A program made the translations under genes and the position numbers. From Cyanophora paradoxa CCMP329 (lineage: Eukaryota; Plantae; Glaucophyta), in NCBI GenBank assembly GCA_004431415.1, contig QPMI01000457.1, positions 124,001 to 188,000 of the forward strand: a stretch of 64,000 nt of DNA, read 5' to 3'. Below are positions 35,301 through 41,300 of the stretch, one piece after another. The notes beneath the pieces were generated by a model. It was not told the origin of the DNA, searched no databases, and saw nothing but the letters and a program-made list of their open reading frames with translations. Each line of letters begins with the position of its first letter. Positions within the stretch are counted from its first letter, which is position 1.

Positions 35301-38300
35301 CTACTCACTGGGCTCCCCAGCCATCCATATGAGGCAGCATGAAGTTAGCGATGCTATTGCGGGATTAGAGTCCACTGAGCGTCCAAACTCAACTAATGCA
35401 TTTGATCAACGATCTGTGATTCGGTGTAAAGAATTGCGAGCAGATAAAAACTCTGGGGTTGTAAAAACAACGCGATTATTAGTCACTAATGCAAATTTTT
35501 CCCAGCCCATAACAGGGGGAGTTGATTCGTACAGTGTTGACCTCCGAAGCATAAACTATGATCAAAACACTGCTGCCCTCACTGTGCGCTCCGGGGGAGC
35601 AGCTATTACTGGAGCTTGCCGTGTTAGTGGAGGACTATCATCATCGATTGCCATCAATGATGTTCCAGACTTTTCATTAGAGAATGTCGAAAATCGTAAA
35701 CGAGTTCGAATGTACTTACCTTGCTGTGACCTCCCCTATGCACAAGCTCTAGTAGAAGTTGAGATAACCATAGCAAATTCAAGTACACCAAATGGTCTGG
35801 ATGGTGAGAGGCTGCTTTCAAACAGAGAAATACCGAAGGCGCTTCAATCACTCTGTCAGGATCAAAATGATCAGATAGGGCATGTGTATACGTTCTTTGT
35901 GCAAGGCCTTGGACACGCTGGACGTGGATACGTTGTTCGTAATATCAATTCAAGACATCTTTTTGATTTATATGCTACTGCTATAGGCAGATACTCTATC
36001 CTAATCATCGGCTATCGCTCCGATGTAGCTGCATCAGTGGCCACTAGAGGACTGAACCCTGATCCGGCACTGAATAATATGTATGAGGAAGGCAATCCGG
36101 AAAATCCTATACCTTAAGTGGAAAGTTTTATCTCCTGTTTTCTAAAATGGAAGCTGTTGAAAGAATTGTTGTTCCCTCTTTGACACTAGCAGCCCCAGCA
36201 AATCACGTCCTGCAGCATGCTGTCTCAGACGATGTCCCCGGCCTGCAATCAACTGAGCAGCAGCCAACTCTAAACACCTTCCGAGATAATCACATCATAC
36301 GTTTAGGAGAGGTTAGATGCGACAAAAATAATGGAGTGGTCAAAACAACAAATCTTGTCGTAACAAACGCAAACTTTAATGCGCATTATGGGGATCCTGA
36401 TAGCTATGATGATGCTAACAAGGTTCACACTTTTACCTATGAATCAAGATTAGGGGCTGTTACCTGCAGGTCCGGAGGTGCTTATATTGGAGATGGCCTG
36501 AGAGTGGGTGGAGCTGCTTGCGCCCCTATATTTGTAAATGATCAACCTAACCCTGAAAACACTAATGAAAGAATCAGAACGTATGTTCCCGGTATGAATT
36601 TGCCTTATATCATCAAAGTCTTCACGCTAAACATAAATGAGCAAACATCGATCGTAGATAACGTTCAGCCACTCGGAATCCATTTCAAGAGTGTTGTTGA
36701 TATTCCCCCGGATATCTACTTCCTTTGTAGGAGAAACGATGCTCTCCGGCCAAACATAGCTGTTTTAATTAATCCTATTGACAATTTTGGTGTCGCTTTC
36801 CATTCTACTCCAGTGGGGGTTGAAGATTACCAGTTTATTGTGAGGGCTACGCTTATGGGCGCCTACAAAATCATTCTATTTGCCGAAAGAACAGATGTGA
36901 TTGCAAATGGTGTCAAGTACGGGGAGACCTTCAATTCGAATCGTTATTTCCCGATTGGAGGGGCTGATCCCAACCCATAGAATCTTTGTTTTATATATAG
37001 CCCATACTAGATGGATTTGCTCCGTAAATGCATGGAGATGTTCCATCTCAACGTCACCAGCAAATTGAAATGCAGCTGCTGCGAGACAACTATTAACCTC
37101 GAAATATCTGACACTGAGGGGTCGCGCACCCCTGATACTCAGCTATCGCCTAATAACACACCCGGGACTTCAAGGTCCAATTCTCCTTTTACACGATCCG
37201 ACTCACCTGTACCATGGCTTGATTCTGATAACCGAAGATCGTCTTGGCCACCCCCAAATATCCCAAAGCCCCTGAAAAGAAAGAAGTCCCTGCTATCAAG
37301 TTTCAGAAAGGAGAAGCAACCAGCTGCAGATCAAGTGGAATGAGGCTGCGGCCTCTGAATCCGCACTATCAGCGCACTATCAGCGCACTATCAGCGCACT
37401 ATCAGCGCCAATCTTTTGTGTGTCACGTATCTCACCGTTTTCTCGCCACGTCACGTCACGTCACGGCGTCACGTCACGGCGTCCGCAAAGTTTTCTCGCG
37501 AACTTGACCCTCCGAATTAAAACAATTAAAACAAAAGAAAGGTGAGCTTCTGCAGCTGTTCAGCTGTGGTGCTCCAGCTGCATCAGCTCAAACCTGGAAA
37601 GCTCTGATTGCAGTGCTAGCTCTAGAATCGAAGAGATCCTGAGCAAGCACGAACTCCAGAAGTTGAGGCACAGACAAGCACAGGCAAGATACTCACAGAC
37701 ACCGCTAGGCAAAGAAACAAGGGTGCGCTCTGAGCAGAAAAGGAAGCAGAAGCTCTCACCTCAACGCCTAGCATCTAAAGCCATGTCTGATCTGTCAACA
37801 CCAAGAGACGGAATGCAAGTCGATTCCGTAGACCAACGAAACGCTGTTGCTGAGCGAGATCTACATAGCCTAAAGAGAAAGATCCAGCATCGCGAGAAAA
37901 AGGATCAAAAACGGCAAAAGCGACATGAATTCGGAGCTATGTGCAAGCAAATCACGGATCTAGCTTATCAGAAACTCCGAGGACTGGAGCAAATGAATCA
38001 GAGCATTACTGACATTATTGTTGCCTGCAAAGTACGTGCAATGTCTACCGATCCTAGGCCTGCTGCCTGGTAACGTTTCGTCAGGCCGCAATCGACAATC
38101 CGTTGTTTGACAGCACAAAGACTAAGAGCGTCCTTGATTCGCTGAAGACGAAACTGGAAGGATTTGACATTGACGAAGACGATGGGTTGGACAGCTGCAG
38201 TGATTCCGATGTCTAAAGTGGCAGCTGTCCACACTTAGCATAGGCTGTTCTCTTTATGTAGAAGTACACTTGCACACGCCTAGCTAACAATGAATCTGTA

Positions 38301-41300
38301 ATATAGCGAACAACACGTCTAATTGACACGTCTAACTGTTTTCAGGGAAATCGTTAATTGATGACGCTAGAAGGGGTGGATCCCTGAAGGTAAAACCAGA
38401 CTTTGGGGGCGGTCTGGTTTGGGGGGGGGTCCTCCCCTTTACAACACGCGCCAAATGCGTGCGGAGTCAACTGCGGACGCGATCGTAGTACTACGGTACG
38501 TGCACGTGCTCGCAAATGCAAATGATTGAGCCGATCGCGACGTCGCAATCGCGAGCCCGGGCCGCGACGTCGACTTTGACTAGGACTCTTTCAGTGAGCT
38601 GTCGGGCAACTTCTATAAAACAAATTAAATTAAAATCGAATCGATCCGATCGACGATCCGGTACCCCTCGGCCTTCGCCAGTACCAGACTACTACTACCA
38701 GTTCGATCCGATCGGACGTACCGGATTTTCCTTCACTCAGGTTGACGTGTCACAGTGTGTCACCGCGGGTACCGGTAGGCGGCGGTAGCGCCCGGCGCGC
38801 GGCCAAGCGCGCAGCGGCGCGCTGCGGGCCTGCGGCGCGCGCTGGCCGCGGGCCCGTGGCCGCCGCCACGCGGCGCCGTCGACGTCACGGCGTGGCGCGA
38901 GCCGCGCGACTGTCGCGTGAGTCGAGTTTTTCCCAGCAGTTTAAGCTGGCCAGTGGCGTGCATGGAAAGTGGCAGATAACGGAAGTAACGGAAAGTGGCG
39001 GACCCGAGATAATTATAACGGACGTTTCCGGAAAGTAACGGACAGCTTAAGTGGCGGATAGCGAAAAGTAACGGAAAGTAACCGAAACACACTGCAGTCC
39101 GACGGTCGACGTCTAGCTGCAGGCCCGCTGATCATGATTCGAATTCATGAGCAGCAGCAGCAGCGGTCGTTGCTGCAGTTGCGCTTATATTAGCAACCGC
39201 GTACATACTAGCGCTGCTGCGCATGCTTGTGCAGACGGAGCACTGCGGCGCATCAGCAGGTGAATTCGAAGTCAACGCAGCGATTGCGATCGCGAAAGCA
39301 GTGATCCTGATTTTGTCGAAGCCGCTGCTTATAAGCACCCGCTCCGGATCGTGAAGTGCCCGGCGGCCGCGAAGATTATTCGAATTCTTTTGTCCTGAAA
39401 AAGTCCGTCGTTCTGGCAAACTGCGCAAGATTCGAAATATATAATAGCTAATTGGAACAGTTCCGATCTATCGCTAGATCTTATAGCTCCGCTTCCGAAG
39501 CTCAAGATCTGAGAGTCTAGATCGAGGTCGGCGCGGCCGACTCGACGCGTATGGCGCTGACGTCAACGCTGCGCGTTTCTCGATTGAAGTTCAGCTGCAG
39601 ATCTAGATCTACGTATACATGCTTCGAATTCCAGATCGCGAAAAAATTCATTTCTGCATGTAAGTTTCTTTCGAATTCGCGTGCGATCGCTATAGCTATG
39701 TCCGACGGTCATGATATCGATCATCAGTTAATGGGGGGGTGCGGGGGGGCTTGCCCCCCTGCTTGTATCAGGAGCCGATGAAGTGCAAACGTAGGTGTCT
39801 TTAATTGTATTTTATCGATTGCATGCGCACGCTTGTAACGGCGAATAATGGGCGAGGCCGCGAAAGAACACATTGAACAGGACGTCCGCGCAAAAGAGAT
39901 CGATGTCCATGTGCTCGAGGGAACTTTGCGTCTTCTATATTAACCGGCCAGATCTTCAGTTTAACATCCGGATCCTTCGATAGAACAAACGCTTGACGCG
40001 ATCCAGCATGCAGCTGCGCATCTTATTTAAACCGCGCTTTTAAAAGAGCATTCTGATTTAAATTCATTAAATAATTTATAATTACGTCAACGTTCTACCT
40101 TACCTCGTTTTCGTTAGCGATCTCGAGAAGTTGAGCTCGATTAGGAGACAGTTTATGGTACTTTGTGGCAAACCCCTGAAAACATGCAGCCTCCGCGAAC
40201 AGAGCCATGTCAGACGTCGACTCCCTTGCCCATACACGACACGTTTGGTCTTCGGAAGCTGAAAGAAAGCTATTGCCATCCTGCAATAAAACGGTTTCAA
40301 TTCTACTAAAACATGAAAGGCATTATTGGGGAAGGGAAAATCACTTCCCCTGTCCCTGTCCCTCGGGCCCAACCCTACCCCAAATCCCATTTCCCCGACC
40401 TCCGCAAAACCCGGGCCGCGCGGTACATGCTGAAAGCCCATCCCCAGGGGACCCCGAAACCGTGTCTCCCGGTCCCGTCCGACCAAAGGGTGATCCAGGA
40501 ACAGGCACCAACACCCGGGACAAAAAGGGGTCCAGCGAGGCACATGGAGCAGATATACGGGCCGGACCAGTTCGAGGTCAATGCTTGCATTATGCCCGAC
40601 ATTCCGTACTGCAAGAGCGAGGCCGGGCGCGAGCGCGGTCGCGTAGGAGGACGCCGCGCGTGCTAGCCAATCGCATTGGAGAGTGCGAACTTACCCTGCG
40701 GAAAGTCTTTTTGCGGTACCCGCACGATCTCCTGCGTTCGCTGCAATGAGCCTCCCACGCTCCGGCCGCCCGAGCGGCAGCGGCGGCGCGAAGCCACCGC
40801 CGGGCATCGCCATCGGAGTCGATATCGAGCCGGCCAGCAAGCCCTGCAGTCAGCCAGGCTGCGGCGGATCTAGGCAGAAGTACGGCGGCAAGTGCCTGCA
40901 CTGCGGCCAGCACTTCTGCACGAGGGACGCGCTTTACAGTCATGTGCTGCGATGTAGACATCCGGCGGCAAGCAGCGCAGCCGTGAAAACCCGGGCAGCT
41001 GGCGCCCATGGCCACGCGTTCAGCGAGCGGCCTGAGTGCGGGGACTGTCAGCAGAAGAGCAAAGCCACCGGCAGCAAAGACGTGTGGGGCTGTGACCTCT
41101 GCGCTGCCCACTTCGTGCGCTTCGGCCCGGCGAAGGTGGTGGCACACCACGCAACTGCATCCTGTGAAAAGAACCGCTTACGTGGTACGCGGTCATTATG
41201 CTTTCGAAGCGTTCGAAACTTACCTTTTCGCTACGTGTATACGCTGTCGCAGATGAGCCGGAGCTGCAGAGCATCGCTGCGCGCGCGGAAGCCGCGCGCG

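Larger units (their letters stand above)
14287..38446. mobile_element. Complete endogenous Polinton/Maverick-like virus (24,160 bp)
   Basis: 182-bp TIRs; identical 6-bp flanks CGCGCC (14281-14286 and 38447-38452); pPolB, rve integrase, packaging ATPase, MCP and penton genes; AT-richer and mostly intronless compared with the host. Confidence 0.95.

Noticed and set aside
14287-38446. LTR retrotransposon or Ginger transposon (TG...CA ends, rve integrase)
   Set aside because: The terminal repeats are inverted rather than direct, there is no RT or gag, and pPolB, ATPase and capsid genes are present.
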